64,000 nt of DNA from Gekko japonicus. Lineage: Eukaryota. Each line of letters starts with the position of its first letter. Positions within the stretch are counted from its first letter, which is position 1. The position numbers were made by a program, and so were the translations under genes. Location of the stretch: positions 270,650 through 334,649 of the forward strand of contig NW_015160219.1 in the NCBI RefSeq assembly GCF_001447785.1, given 5' to 3'. This document shows positions 49,011 to 61,349 of this stretch, one piece after another. Under the pieces are notes generated by a model that worked only from the letters and a program-made list of their open reading frames with translations, was not told the origin of the DNA and did no database searches.

Positions 49011-51789
49011 AAAATAGAAATATACGCAGTACTTGCTTTGATATCAAACCTAAACTTACTTTGCTGTTTTAACAATATAAAATGCATCATTTAGAACTTT
49101 CAAAGCACATTAAATTGTACTGTTTAAAATGTTAGTATAAATGCTATAGTTTTTTTAAAAATCAGAGACAACTGCAAAGTGCTGTACCTTAGCTTTTGCT
49201 ATCTGAGAGGTAGGGAGAAAGCTAAAAACAGAAAAAAAGTTCATAAAAAGAAAATGTATTATCTGAACAGAAACACTTGCATTTGGCATATTTTTATATT
49301 GAGCTGAATTCTTCAGTCATGTAATATCATCAAACACACTATGCCATACTAATTTCAGGTACAAAATTAATCATATTTTAAAAAATAAACACGTCCTTGA
49401 AAATGTTATATATGTCCGTGGTTTGCTCAGAGATGTAAAATTTCTGGAAATGCTGAAGCCATGGGGAAAAATCTGATTTCTCTCTCTCGGTGTTTTGGAT
49501 AAAACACAACAATCCTATATATATATAAAAGGCAAACCGTGCTGGCAACAACTCACTTACTCTCCCATTGGCCACTGGGGAACTTGCCTTGGTGTCCTAT
49601 TGGCCCATCCCACCGGCTCCTCCATTTTAACACCCCCGCTTTTGGTGTGTTGCATCTTGGGAGTTGTAGTTCTCAGCTGATCTTACTGCAACCATAGCAA
49701 AGAGAATTAGAACTACAACACCCAAGTTGGGAGTCACAAGACGCCATGGGCCATTAACAGGGAGTCAGTTAAACTCTTAATCAGTTAAAGTGTTAAATGG
49801 GAAGCTGTTTTGGAACTGAAGAAGGCTGGGGGGAAGGGAAGGCCTGGACATCTCTCTGAATTACAATGTATCTCCAGAGTACAGAGGTCAGTCCCCATGG
49901 AGAAAATGGTTGCTTTGGAGGCTGAGCACTATGACATTATAGCTCACTGAAGTCCTTCAACAAACTTGGCCCTCCCCTTAGTATTGCCAGCCTCCAGGCA
50001 GCACCTGGAGATCTCCAAGATCAGTTTTCCTGGAGAAAATGGCTGCTTTGGGCAGTGGACTCTATGGCATTGTACCCTGCTGAGGTCCATCTCCACCCCA
50101 AACCCTGCCCTCCCAAGGTTCTACGCCTCAAAACTACAGGTTTTTCCCCAACCCAGAGTTGGCAGTCCTGTAACTGGCTATGGAACTGCTTTCTAGACCC
50201 TTGGAACCCAGAAAACATGGCATAGGAAGAGGTGTTTTTCTACCTTAGCTGCCACTGCAGAGCCCCAAATCAACATAAGTCAGGGATGGAGGGAACCATA
50301 TCTGTTACCATTGGCCCTGCCTTATAGCTAAGCAGAAGGAAATAAACATGGCTCGCCTCCCTCTATTTTCCCCTTCCCTCTGCTGCCCCACCAGCCGGGA
50401 CACTCACCTGGGGCCTCTTTCTAGAGCTCGTTGTATTTCTTCCGACAACGAGCCTTACTCCTGGTATTTTGGTATTATTTATATTATATATATTCTATTC
50501 TTATAATCCTTGTCTTGAATTATTCTCTGGCAATTATATAGTGATTGAGTGTGCTCAGAGTGTTTCAGATATGTTATTGCATTGCAATTCTTACAAGAAT
50601 CTTGTAGGTCAGTCATATTGTCAACAAGTTGGTGGGCTGAGGCTGAAAAGAAGTGGTTGACTGAAGTTGCCTAGTGACTCCTCACGGCAGATTCAAATAA
50701 TCCTAATTCAGGACTCCAAACTCATAGCTGCTGTGCAACGCTACAGGTCACTGTGGTGCAAATGTCTGAGGAGCATGCTGTATTCAGACACCACAGCAAG
50801 CTGCAATTAAACTCTGCTCATGCCCAAACACAGCTTGGCTGAATGCAGGTCCTTGGTGAATTGGAGCTAGTTTACTTCACACAGTCTGGCATGGAGATTT
50901 AAAGTATGGACATCATGGTGAATTGGAGCTTGGTGATACTGGGAAGTTTTGTATCAAGCTCTGCACATTAAAGGGATATGGACGGAGCAAGTGGCACACA
51001 GGAGCACAGCAAAAACTGTGTTTGTACAGAACTGGAATTCAGTTGCAGCTTGTGATAATGTCGGAATGCATCTTTATTTTAATAGAGAAGTCAGTATTTG
51101 TGAGAGTAAAAGAAAAGAAGATATGCTCCTATACAGAAAAACTCATATTGTTTTAGGTTTAGGCTTGCCAAGTCCCCCGCCCTCCAGAGGCCCGTTCCCC
51201 GCCGCCGGTGGATCGGGCCCCGGGGGGAACTCCACTCCGACGTGCACGTCACCCGGAAGTGACCCGGGCATGCTGGGGGTGGGACCACGGTTATCCGAGG
51301 GAAAACTCTATGGTTTTCCCTCGGCTGGTCGTGGCCCCACCGCCAGCCGGGAGTCCCCCGCTGCGGCTCAATTCACACTTGGCAACCCTAGATAGGTTGC
51401 AATTGTAGGTAGCCACAGTGGTCCAAAAGATAACCCAAAGGCAAAAGATACCTTCTGCTTGGACCAACCAAAGTGTCCATTTCACACAATAGCGTGCCAG
51501 TTTTCAAGTTCTCCAGAACTCTGCATCAGGATAGACATTAAGTATAAAAAGGCTGTGGCAGAGTGGTAGAGTATGACTTTTCATTTAGGAGGCCCCAGGT
51601 TCAATCCCCTATACCGCCAGTTCAAAGCATCACATTGAAGATGACATGAAAACTTCTGCTTGAAACCCAGAGAGCTGCTGGCAGAGTAGACAGTAGTGGA
51701 GTAGACAATAGTGACCTTAACAGACCAATGGTATGGGAGAGCTTCATTTGTTTTTTTTGTTTGGTGAATATTTTGTGTGTTTGTGTGTG

Positions 51790-51996
51790 TGTGTACATGC
51801 CTGGAAGTCATGGATGACTTCTGGTGACCCCTTAGTGGGGCTGGAAGGACTTCAGAGAGGTGGCTTGCTGCCTGCCTCTGCATCACAGCCCTGATATTCT
51901 TTGGAGGTCTCCCATCCAGGTGCTTGCCAGGGCTGGTGCTGCTTAGCTTCCCAGATCTGATGAGATCAGGCTTGCCTGGGCTATCTAGGTCAGGGC
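51790..51996 (-). mobile_element. 5S-derived SINE
   Basis: Reverse strand has GAAGCTAAGCAG and TGGATGGGAGACC (5S boxes A and C). Confidence 0.8.
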
Positions 51997-52094
51997 TGGA
52001 AAACTTAATTTGTTCATGGGTGGAGTGAGAGGAAAAAAAGATGTTTTATACCACAATGGGAAAAAAAAAAATTATACCCTTCTCGGTCCATAGA

Positions 52095-52300
52095 GTCTTG
52101 ACCTGGATAGCCCAGGCTAGCCCAATCTCATCAGATCTCGGGAAGCTAAGCAGGGTTGTCCCAGATTAGTATTTAGAAGGGAGACCACCAAGGAATATCA
52201 GGGTCATGATGTGGAGGCAGGCAATGGCAAACCACCTCTGAACATCTCTTGTCTTGAAAACCCCATGGGGGTCACCATAAATCAGCAGTGACTTGACAGT
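52095..52300 (+). mobile_element. 5S-derived SINE
   Basis: atctcatcagatctcgggaagctaagcaggg...ttagta...gggagaccaccaaggaa. Confidence 0.85.
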
Positions 52301-52322
52301 TTAAGTCAATGGGCTTAGAAGG

Positions 52323-52694
52323 TGTTAAGTCGCTTGCTTAACAAAGTAGTCGGAGAGTGATTCAGCAAGATTCAGCTTTATTACACAACTCGAACACAAC
52401 TCGAACACGGATCAACATCTGATAGCCAGAACAGCTTTTACATTGCAGCTGTCCTGCTTTTAAACTCTCCCGGCTAATATAGCCACACCTACTGTACAAT
52501 TACCCACCAATGAGGTTGTATGCATAAGGACCAAGCTCAGGGAGCTTGCTGACTTGTGATTGGATAGTTCTTCCCGGGCTAGCACTGCGATTGGATGGAT
52601 TTGGATCCTAGCCCAGGACGAAGCTTTACATGGCAATTCAATTATGTTGTTCACATACAGTTATGCATTCAATGGCAGCAATTGAAAAATTACA
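52323..52694 (-). mobile_element. 372-bp solo LTR
   Basis: TG...CA termini with perfect 5-bp TSD GAAGG; AATAAA, TATA-like and CCAAT motifs on the - strand; splits an ~85-bp palindromic MITE. Confidence 0.8.
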
Positions 52695-53097
52695 GAAGGG
52701 TGTAACTGTTCAGGATTGCACTGTAGATTATGTGATCAGGGCATAACTATTTTCAGGTTGCACTCAAACCTTCTGGGATAAAGACTAAAACAACAGTGGC
52801 CTCCATTTTGATGGTTTTTAAGAAAGTAATTAATATTTAGGATATCTTTTACCAAATGCAAATTAAACGGTGGAAATTCAGGCAGCATGAAAAGCAAGTT
52901 ATAATGTGTTTAAATTCATTACTCAGCAGCAAAAGTCTATTTCAAGGGGCAAACTGTAATTTACTCAATGATCACTTGTATATGTAAAGAGAAACCAGTA
53001 GACAATGTATGAACAACAGGGTTGTGGTTTTTTTTTAATTACTATGTCTGGCTTCAGACCCATATGCTTAAACATCAAGAAAATATTTTTTAAAAAC

Positions 53098-53729
53098 CCT
53101 CAAAAAGGATATTATAGCATTGTAAAAAGTGCAGAAAAGGGCAACTAGAATGATAAAAGGGTTGGAACACTTTCCCTATGAAGAAAGGTTAAGACGCTTG
53201 GGGCTCTTTAGCTTGGAGAAACGACGACTGAGGGGTGACATGATCGAAGTTTATAAGATTATGCATGGGATAGAGCAGGTTGAGAAAGAAGTAGTTTTCT
53301 CCCTTTCTCACAATACAAGAACTCGTGGGCACTCCATGAAATTACTGAGCAGTCGGGTTAGAACAGATAAAAGGAAGTACTTCTTCACCCAAAGAGTGAT
53401 AAACACATGGAATTCACTGCAACAGGAGGTGGCGGTGGTGGCTATAAGCACGGACAGCTTCAAGAGGAAAATAGATAAACATATGGAGCAGAAGTCCATC
53501 AGTGGCTATTAGCCACAAGGTATAGATAGGAACTCTCAGGCTGGGGCAAGGGATGCACTGTATTCTTGGTGCTGGGGGGGGCATCAGTGGGAGGACTTCT
53601 AGTGTTCTGGCCCCACTGTTGGACCTCCTGATGGCACCTGGTATTTTTGGCCACTGTGTGACAGAGTGTTGGACTGGATGGGCCATTGGCCTGATCCAAC
53701 ATTGGCTTCTCTTATGTTAGTATGTTCTT
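53098..53729 (+). mobile_element. CR1 LINE 3' end
   Basis: VQKRATRMIKGLEHFPYEERLRRLGLFSLEKRRLRGDMIEVYKI; tail cttcttatgtt...atgttctt. Confidence 0.93.
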
Positions 53730-53815
53730 ATAAATGATAAGAGAGAAATATATGGACAAAAAGAAACATGACACATGTAATAAGTGCATATATATCTGGA
53801 AGGATCTTGTATTTT

Positions 53816-53818
<3 letters not shown>

Positions 53819-53847
<29 letters not shown>
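53819..53847. repeat. (AG)n microsatellite
   Basis: Direct observation. Confidence 0.95.
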
Positions 53848-54141
53848 TATCAGACCATTTTCCTTATTCCACCAAAATGTAATGTTTTCTTTTACTGAGA
53901 TCTTTCAAAGTTAAGCGGTATTAAGTCCCTTTGGAACCTAAAAGTGTGCACTTAACATAAATCAATGGGAATTAAAATATTTGCTTCATGTATTTCCCGT
54001 CTTTTGAAAATTATTGTAGTATTTTTTTCTAACCCTTTTATTATATGAAGTGCTCTAATACCATTATTATATATATTTCCAGCTAAAATAACACAAGTGG
54101 GTTGATAAGGTTTCTAAAACGTTAACCTTTTTCCTTCTTAG

Positions 54142-54392
54142 GTCTTGTACAACTTGTTCAAGTCTTTCTGCCAGATGCATACAATCAAGCCCATTGACGT
54201 ATTTGCAGGAATTGCCAATTTCTTTATCGTTGGGATTGGTGGAGTCTTGATTGGAATAATTCTGGGATTTGTAGCAGCTTTTACTACTCGCTACACCTAT
54301 AAAGTTCGAGTGATTGAGCCACTGTTTGTCTTCTTATATAGCTACCTGTCATACACAACTGCTGAAATGTTTCATCTCTCAGGCATTATGGC
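54142..54392 (+). CDS. SLC9A2: NHE2 coding exon 3 (251 nt, phase 0/2); gene continues beyond the window
   Basis: ctttttccttcttAG acceptor. Encodes [12 protein letters not shown]...[28 protein letters not shown]. Donor GC|GTAAGT. Confidence 0.97.
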
Positions 54393-54825
54393 GTAAGTAT
54401 ACATTAAATTGTATTGTGCTAAGAATAACACAGGTGGGTTATGACCTTTAAGCTGAACACTGTCTGGTAAATATTCAGACATGCCAGTATTCAGTGTTAT
54501 AGACCATAGATTAAAATTAATCTTTGGTTTTTTGGCAGTTAGTTTATTTCAGTGGACCTTCCTGAAAGGAGAGACTTTCAGTCTACCACACTAACAGTGC
54601 CATCATAAATAGATCTATACCTTTCCAAGGTTGTTTACTTCATTGGAATTAGAAGGCTGTAATTCTGTTTAGGATCACACTGTAAGGGAATTAATCATAT
54701 TAAGGATGAAGTCCTGTGGGAGTGAGTCCAGTAGCACCTTAGAGACTAACAAGATTTTGAGGGTATGAACTTTTGAGAGTCAAAGGTCTCCTTGTCAGAT
54801 AAAAGTAGGAATGAAGATCCCTAAG

Positions 54826-56530
54826 TAGCGATGGGCACGACCTGGGAACATGGAGGTTCATCTGGGTTTGTGGTGCCACACAGACCACGAACCTTCACAA
54901 GCCTTCCTGTTCACCAAACCAGTTCATTTCATGAGGTTCATGAAGCTGCCCCAAGGATCTGCGTGCAGTGGGGAGGTCTCTTGCTGCCACATGTAGTCCT
55001 GGCTGGGATGCTTCTCCTACCTGACACTTTAAAGCACCTGGCAGAAGAAAGCACCACCCCACTGGTGGACCTCCTGATGGCACCTGGTATTTTTGGCCAC
55101 TGTATGACAGAGTGTTGGACTGGATGGGCCTTTGGCCTGATCCAACATTGGCGTCTCTTATGTTCTTAAGAAGCTGACCCCCCAGATCTGCATGTGGCAG
55201 GGAGGTCTCTTCCAAGTGTGTGTGTGGGGGGAAAGACAGGGATAACTTCGACGGGGCGCCATTGGTGCCTGTGCTGGTGGTTAGGAGTTTGGGAATGCTC
55301 CTGGAACCCTCCCTGGCAATGGAGGCCCAGGTAGCAGCCACTGCTAAGTTGGCCTTCTACCACCTGTGGCTGGTTCGGCAGTTGGCTCCCTTCCTCGATC
55401 GCAATGACCTGGCTACAGTGATACACGCAATGGTCACCTCAAGGCTAGACTATTGTAACACTCTCTACATGGGGCTGCCCTTGGCGCAAATTTGGAGGGT
55501 GCAGCTAGATAAGAGCACATCCGGCCAGTGCTGAAGGCGTTGCACTGGCTGCCAATAGCATACCGAATTTGCTTCAAGTTGCTGGTACTTACCTTTAAAG
55601 CCTTATATGGCCAGGGTCCAAAATACCTGAAGGACCGCCTTTCCCCATATATACCCCATAGAGCACTACGGTTGGGGGTGCAACATCGACTGGTTATTCC
55701 AGGCCCCAGGGAGGCCAGGCTCGCAGCTACTAGAGCCAGGGCCTTCTCAGTGGCGGCTCCTTACTGGTGGAATGAGCTCCCGGAGGAGATCAGGGCCCTG
55801 CGGGATCTTGTGCAGTTCCGCAGGGCCTGCAAGATGGAGCTCTTCCACCAGGCCTTCAATTAGGAGCTGCCCACATTACCATCAATGACCACTATTAATA
55901 TCTGTGGTGGAGGCTGGCTGCAGTGAGATCGAGCCAAACCACCTAGGAGCCTGTAATTGCCTGAGCCTGCATGACATGTTATGCCATCTTGGTTAATAAT
56001 CCCTGAGTGCACTTTAATCCGAAATTGTTGATTGTTTAAATGTTAATGTTAAATGTTTTAAGTTTTGAATGTTTTGACTGTATATGAACCTTGGCACACT
56101 GTGCCAGGCAATGTGAGCTGCCCTGAGCCTCCTTGCGGGGAGGGTGGGTTATAAATACAATAAATAAATTTATAACTGAAATTTATTTCATTTATTTATT
56201 TATTTTGATTTATATCCTGCCCTTCCTGCAAGCGGTCTCAGGGTGGGTCACAACAATAAATTACAATCAATAAACAGAAAAATAAGTATCAAAACAATAA
56301 AAACAGTTAAAGGATAGGCATTGCAACAATTACATATTCAACTGTTAGGCTGAAATAGATGCAAGCCATTTCAGCGATCCCTCTCACTCTCCCCTGCTTC
56401 CCACCATGAACCCCACAATCCCCTGAAGAATACATGGAAGGGTGTGGGAGAATCATGGTTAGGGATGGGCCATAACCCAGCAATTTTCGTCATGAATTTA
56501 GGTTTGTGATGAGGTTTGTGCCCATCCCTA
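54826..56530. mobile_element. hAT MITE containing a CR1 tail (55053-55167) and L2 fragments (55200-56170 +, ~56180-56260 -), itself inserted in a Penelope-like element (54722-~56600, -)
   Basis: TIRs TAGCGATGGGCAC/GTGCCCATCCCTA; 8-bp TSD tccctaag/tccctgag; L2 frames VTSRLDYCNTLYMGLP and LHWLPIAYRI. Confidence 0.8.
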
Positions 56531-57538
56531 TCCCTGAGTCCTTATATCCCTGTCAGAAGATTGGAAGGGTGCTGCAAAGAAGGAACTCAGGATGTGAGAA
56601 TGGGATCATTGTTCCTTATAAACCACCAGTCTTTACTCATGTAATCTGAATATTATTTCACACATAATGAACTATTTCACAAATGAAAACAGTGAAAATC
56701 TTGTGTGCTTACCTGTTTTTCATACCAAAGATTTTTCAATTAATGCCTCTTCCTTATTCAAATTACTGAATGTTCTTCTCTCTAGTGTATCCAATAGTAC
56801 AGGCAGTTGTGGATGTTGGTCTAGTGTAGTCACTGATAGGCAGAGTTTGGATCAGGAAGTCACTGGCTCAATCTGTCATGAATTCACTAGGCCTCCTCAG
56901 GTAAGCCACTCTTAGCCTCTGCTGTCCCATCTGCCTCAGGGGAATGCTAATTTCACCCCTGCAGGCTAGTTGTCAGGATCATAGTATATTGCATGTAAAG
57001 CTCATTGAATGTTGTAAACAGTGGTATAAATACTGTTATAGTTATTGAGGAAAAGCTATTTTAGTCTGTTGCAGCAAAACAGACAAATAATTTGTGTTCC
57101 ACACAGTACAGTGATGCACCAAACAGTGTCTTATGTATTGTCTATTTGACCTCACTGTGTAAAAACCAAAAACCATCACATTCAACCAGCCACTTCTTTC
57201 CTTTTCTCTAATTATGGTGTCTCAGTCAACCCACAGGTGAGCACTTCATGCATTTGTCCAAGGTCTGTAGTCCATGAAAACTGATGCCATATTAGTCTTT
57301 TTGGTTGCCATAAGACACTTGGGTTGTACTAAACCAGCTTTTCCCACTAATAAAGAAGTGCGAACAAAGACCCCTTTGACCACCAAAAAGGCTCTTCTGG
57401 TAGTCTTGGAACCCACATAAAGGCATTGGGTACAGTGGCAGTAAAAGGGAGGGGAAATGAACAAGATGGCAGAATCCTACCCTTAGTTAGGATAATGATT
57501 ATCTGAACTGAAGAGAAGTGTAGACTAATTTTTTGTAT

Positions 57539-57880
57539 AGGTAAAGGTTTCCCTTGCTTGAAAGCCAGTCGAATCCGACTCTAGGGATGCAGTGCTCATC
57601 TCTGTTTCCAAGCCGAAGAGCTAGCGCTGTCCAGAGACATTTCCATGGTCATGTAGCCGGCATGACTAGACGCCGAGGTGCACGGAACGCTGTTACCTTC
57701 CCACCGAAGTGGTACCTATTTATCTACTTGCAATTTCTTGCTTTTGAACTGCTAGGTTGGCAGGAGCTGGGACCAGAGACGGGAGCTCACTCCATCTTGC
57801 GGCACTCGGGTCGAACTGCTGAACTACTGACCTTCCAATCTGCAGTTCGGCATCTTAACCACTTGAGCCACTGCAGCCCC
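57539..57880 (-). mobile_element. Sauria SINE
   Basis: Reverse complement of the 27044 and 27900 elements; AT-rich TSD taattttt...tatagg. Confidence 0.92.
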
Positions 57881-58087
57881 TTAAATTTTTTTATAGGAAC
57901 TCCCAAAATAGGAACAATCATGGCCTAAATTAGGATTGTCCCCAGTAAATAAGTAAAATTGTAATATATGGCATTATGTGGGGTTTTCACAGACTGAACA
58001 CTTGTCAGAAGTTAAGAAAAGCCCTCCTGGCTCAGACCAGTGATCTATCTAGTCCAGCAACCTTTTTCACACAGCAGCCAACAAATT

Positions 58088-58440
58088 TCCCTGGAGGGAG
58101 TAGGAATGGACATCTCTGAGTCTTTATATCTCAGTTAGAAGGTGGAAGGGGTGTTATAAAGAATGCTTGTAAAGAATGCAAAGACATATTGCATGTTGTA
58201 ATCACCTTGATTAGAGCAGAAGGCAAATGCTTGGAGACAGAAAATTAGCATCTGTAGTGGGATAAGAATCATATACCCTATTCAGCCCTGGGGGGTGCAT
58301 TGCTCTATATTTGTGAATGAACTCAAGTTTCAGCAATCTTCAACTGTATTTTTCTCTTGAAATTTTGTTTGAAGACTGCCACTCTTCGGTCAGGACTGGA
58401 ATGACCTGGAAAATTAAAATGTTCTCCCACCGCTTTTTGA
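58088..58440 (-). mobile_element. Penelope/Neptune-like 3' ORF remnant (GIY-YIG endonuclease C-terminus) and 3'UTR
   Basis: Reverse translation QKAVGEHFNFPGHSSPD...AE/LEFIHKY...GLN; UTR matches the 54803/56531 copy. Confidence 0.75.
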
Positions 58441-58800
58441 AAATGTAATGTGTGAAAGGCCCAATATTGTTATCTTTAATAGTAACATTATACATTAAGT
58501 ACGAAGCTGTAATATTACTTCTTAAAATATTTGAAAGTCAGTTGTACTAAGTAACAAGAATAGAAACTTGTAGCAGTTTAAAGATTTTGGGATATTTGGT
58601 TAATACAGCAGAGTCAGAGAAGCGTTACAATGAGTGCAGTAAATAAATCTCCCAAGAAGTACATTGTGAAAAGGGTAAATTTACATTTATTCGAGTAGAT
58701 CCAGTTCACATTCAGGTTGCAGTCAAAAGAAAAGAAAGAAGCCTAACTTTTCATATCACAAATTGATAATCTTGTTCAGTGTCATGTGTATGGGGATATG

Positions 58801-59456
58801 CAGGGGTCATGTTGTAGAAAAAGAGGTGCAAGAGCTCATTAGCATAATGAGCTCATTAGCATAACTCATTAGCATAACTTATTTGCATATGCCATGCCCC
58901 CTGACATCACCAGAAGTGTGTCAGAAGGCAACACCCACCACTCAGGCTCCACTGGACTGCTCTCGATTGCTAGCTATTGGAGGGGGGGAAACGTGTAGAT
59001 CTGTCCTCTGTCCTCGCAGAGGAGGGAGAGCTTGTGCCTGAATAAAACTTGGTCTTAAAGGTGCCACTGGACTGTTTTGGATTGCTAGCTATTGGGGGGG
59101 GGGCGGTCCAGAACGGTCCTGCCGGGGGGGGGGGGCTTTGTACCTGAATAAACCTTGGTCTTAAAGGTGCCACTGGACTGTTTTGGATTGCCAGCTATTG
59201 GGGACGGACGGACATGCAGATCTGTCCTCGCAGAGGAGGGAGAGCTTGTATCTGAATAAAACTTGGTATTAAAGGTGCCACTGGACTGTTTTGGACCGGG
59301 GGGGCCAGGGGGGAGCTCTGCAACGTACCTGGTTGCTTCTTGCTCTGACTGAGGGCTGCTGGGAGCAGGGGGTGGGGCTTGTTGCATGTGCCCGCCCCCT
59401 GGGCTCTTTACTGCCGGAGCTCCGCTCCTGTGTGCTCCTGCAGGAAATGACCCCTG
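58801..59456 (+). mobile_element. hAT MITE (ATTAGCAT family) carrying a tandem array of Penelope-terminus fragments
   Basis: TIRs CAGGGGTCAT/ATGACCCCTG; perfect TSD GGGATATG; internal ~107-bp period. Confidence 0.9.
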
Positions 59457-60252
59457 GGGATATGAGGGCATTGTATCTACAGGAAAGACCTGCAGAGACA
59501 TGTGTCTCAATGGAAGGCCATGTGCAGACAGAATAAGGACAAAGGGAGAGACAGAAAGAGAGAGAGAGGAGGGGGTCAGAGGGCTGTTCCCGGGTTAAGA
59601 AAAAGAGAGGCATCCCATTCAAGGAGATAACACCTATACACACTTAGAGTGATGTAGCCCCCACCCCAAATGTCCAGGCATGCTGAGTGGCTCACTCCAT
59701 CAAAAGAAACATTAAGGGAGCAGCAGAATATAAATTCTAAAACTAAAATTAGACATTGCTAAACAATAAACACAGAAAATATGTTAATGAATCTAAGGTT
59801 ATGTAAAACTCTTTGTAGAGATGCATCTAAAAACAGTAACATGCTAATCCGGTCTGACCCCATTCTGAAAGGTCTCTCCTCTCTCGCCTTCTGTGAACAG
59901 CATTTGTGTTGGTTCGAGTTTCCGCCTGTTTCATGTTCAGATGTCATTTTCAACATATGGTTAGGTACTTAAAGAGCTTCTAAGCTATTAAGAATCCTTT
60001 TTAATACAGCTGGTTTTTGTGGTCATTTTCTATTTCATAATGCTATATAATCTAACTTATAAACTTCTAGAGAGCAACATGCATCTGGTGGCTCCGTGTT
60101 CCTGACCTGTATCTCGATTTTATCGAGTAGCACGGCTGATTCTCACTTTCTGCCTCACATGAGAAAAGAGACTCTGCTCATATTCTCTTGTATGAAACAG
60201 AAAGCCACCTCCTTTTCAAATAGCATGTTCTAAACGTACAGAATGTAAGATC

Positions 60253-60461
60253 CAGGGGTCATTTGGGGGGGGACGCGGGGGGACGCCATCCCCCCGGGTG
60301 AGGTGCGGGAGGGCGGGGCCTGGAGCCCCCTGCTGGTGCCCGCTGGAGGTCGCCGCCGGCTGTGGGGAGGACACACCTCCGGTGATGTCAGGGGGTGTGG
60401 CATATGCTAATGAGTTATGCTAATGAGTCCCCCTAGCTCTTTTTCTACGAAATGACCCCTG
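60253..60461 (-). mobile_element. hAT MITE, ATTAGCAT family
   Basis: Perfect 12-bp TIR CAGGGGTCATTT; TSD gtaagatc/gtaaggtc. Confidence 0.92.
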
Positions 60462-60960
60462 GTAAGGTCCATTGCTTTTTATTGCAATGGATACAATCCT
60501 CCGGTCAAAATAGATGAGATACAAGCAGTGCAACTCTGTGGCCCATAGCAAAAATTAATTTGTCATTATTTCTCCGTAAATATTTTTCCCCCCAAAAGGA
60601 AGATTGTGGTCTGAATTAGAATTTATATTCAAATTTATCACTATCAGGCTTGGTCTCTGTAAGGATAGGTAGTCGCTTTCTGAACACAGTAAGCAAATTT
60701 TCCTCCTTATTTATTTAAAATATTTTATTCCACCGTTCCGCCATGCCCAAGGCGGAATAGAAATTAACGTGTGTACAAAGTAATTCATCACCAGTTGGAA
60801 GTGTTCCATTCTCACTCATTAAGATCGTTTATTCTTTTGATTGGATTTTGTTTTACTTTGTGTTCTGCATATTAATGTATGGATTGAATTGCAGGGTCTT
60901 CTGAATGTCCTTTGCCCTCATCTTCCCTGTCCTCATTCTGTCTGTACATAAACATATATA

Positions 60961-61349
60961 CAGGGCTATTTTTGGGCAGGAACGCACAGGAACGGAGTTC
61001 CGGCTGGCTTCAGAGCTGGCCACGCCCACTACAGCCAAAACCTCTGCCTGCCTGGCTACAGAGGGAAGGCCTGGGGAGTGACCCCCCCCAGCAACTCCAA
61101 GACGGGTGGGCCAAGGGGGACCCTGCCTCCCCATGCCTTCCCTGGCCTGTCCAAAGGCTGGCTTGGCCGGGCTCCCTGCAGCCATGTGGTGCCTGGGCAA
61201 GCCAAGGGAAGGCATGGGGGTATGGCCTATTATGCTAATGAGCTGTGCGGTCAGGGGTGTGGCCTAATGTGCTAATGAGTTTCTGCTGCTGGGTGTGGCC
61301 TATTATGCTAATGAGTTCCTGCTGGGCTTTTTCTACAAAAAGAGCTCTG
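60961..61349 (-). mobile_element. hAT MITE with ATGCTAATGAG repeats
   Basis: Perfect TSD CATATATA; CAGGGCT/AGCTCTG ends. Confidence 0.88.

Noticed and set aside
58949-59295. Repeat-spacer pattern resembling a CRISPR array
   Set aside because: Eukaryotic context, spacers repeat each other, units derive from TE termini, no cas genes.
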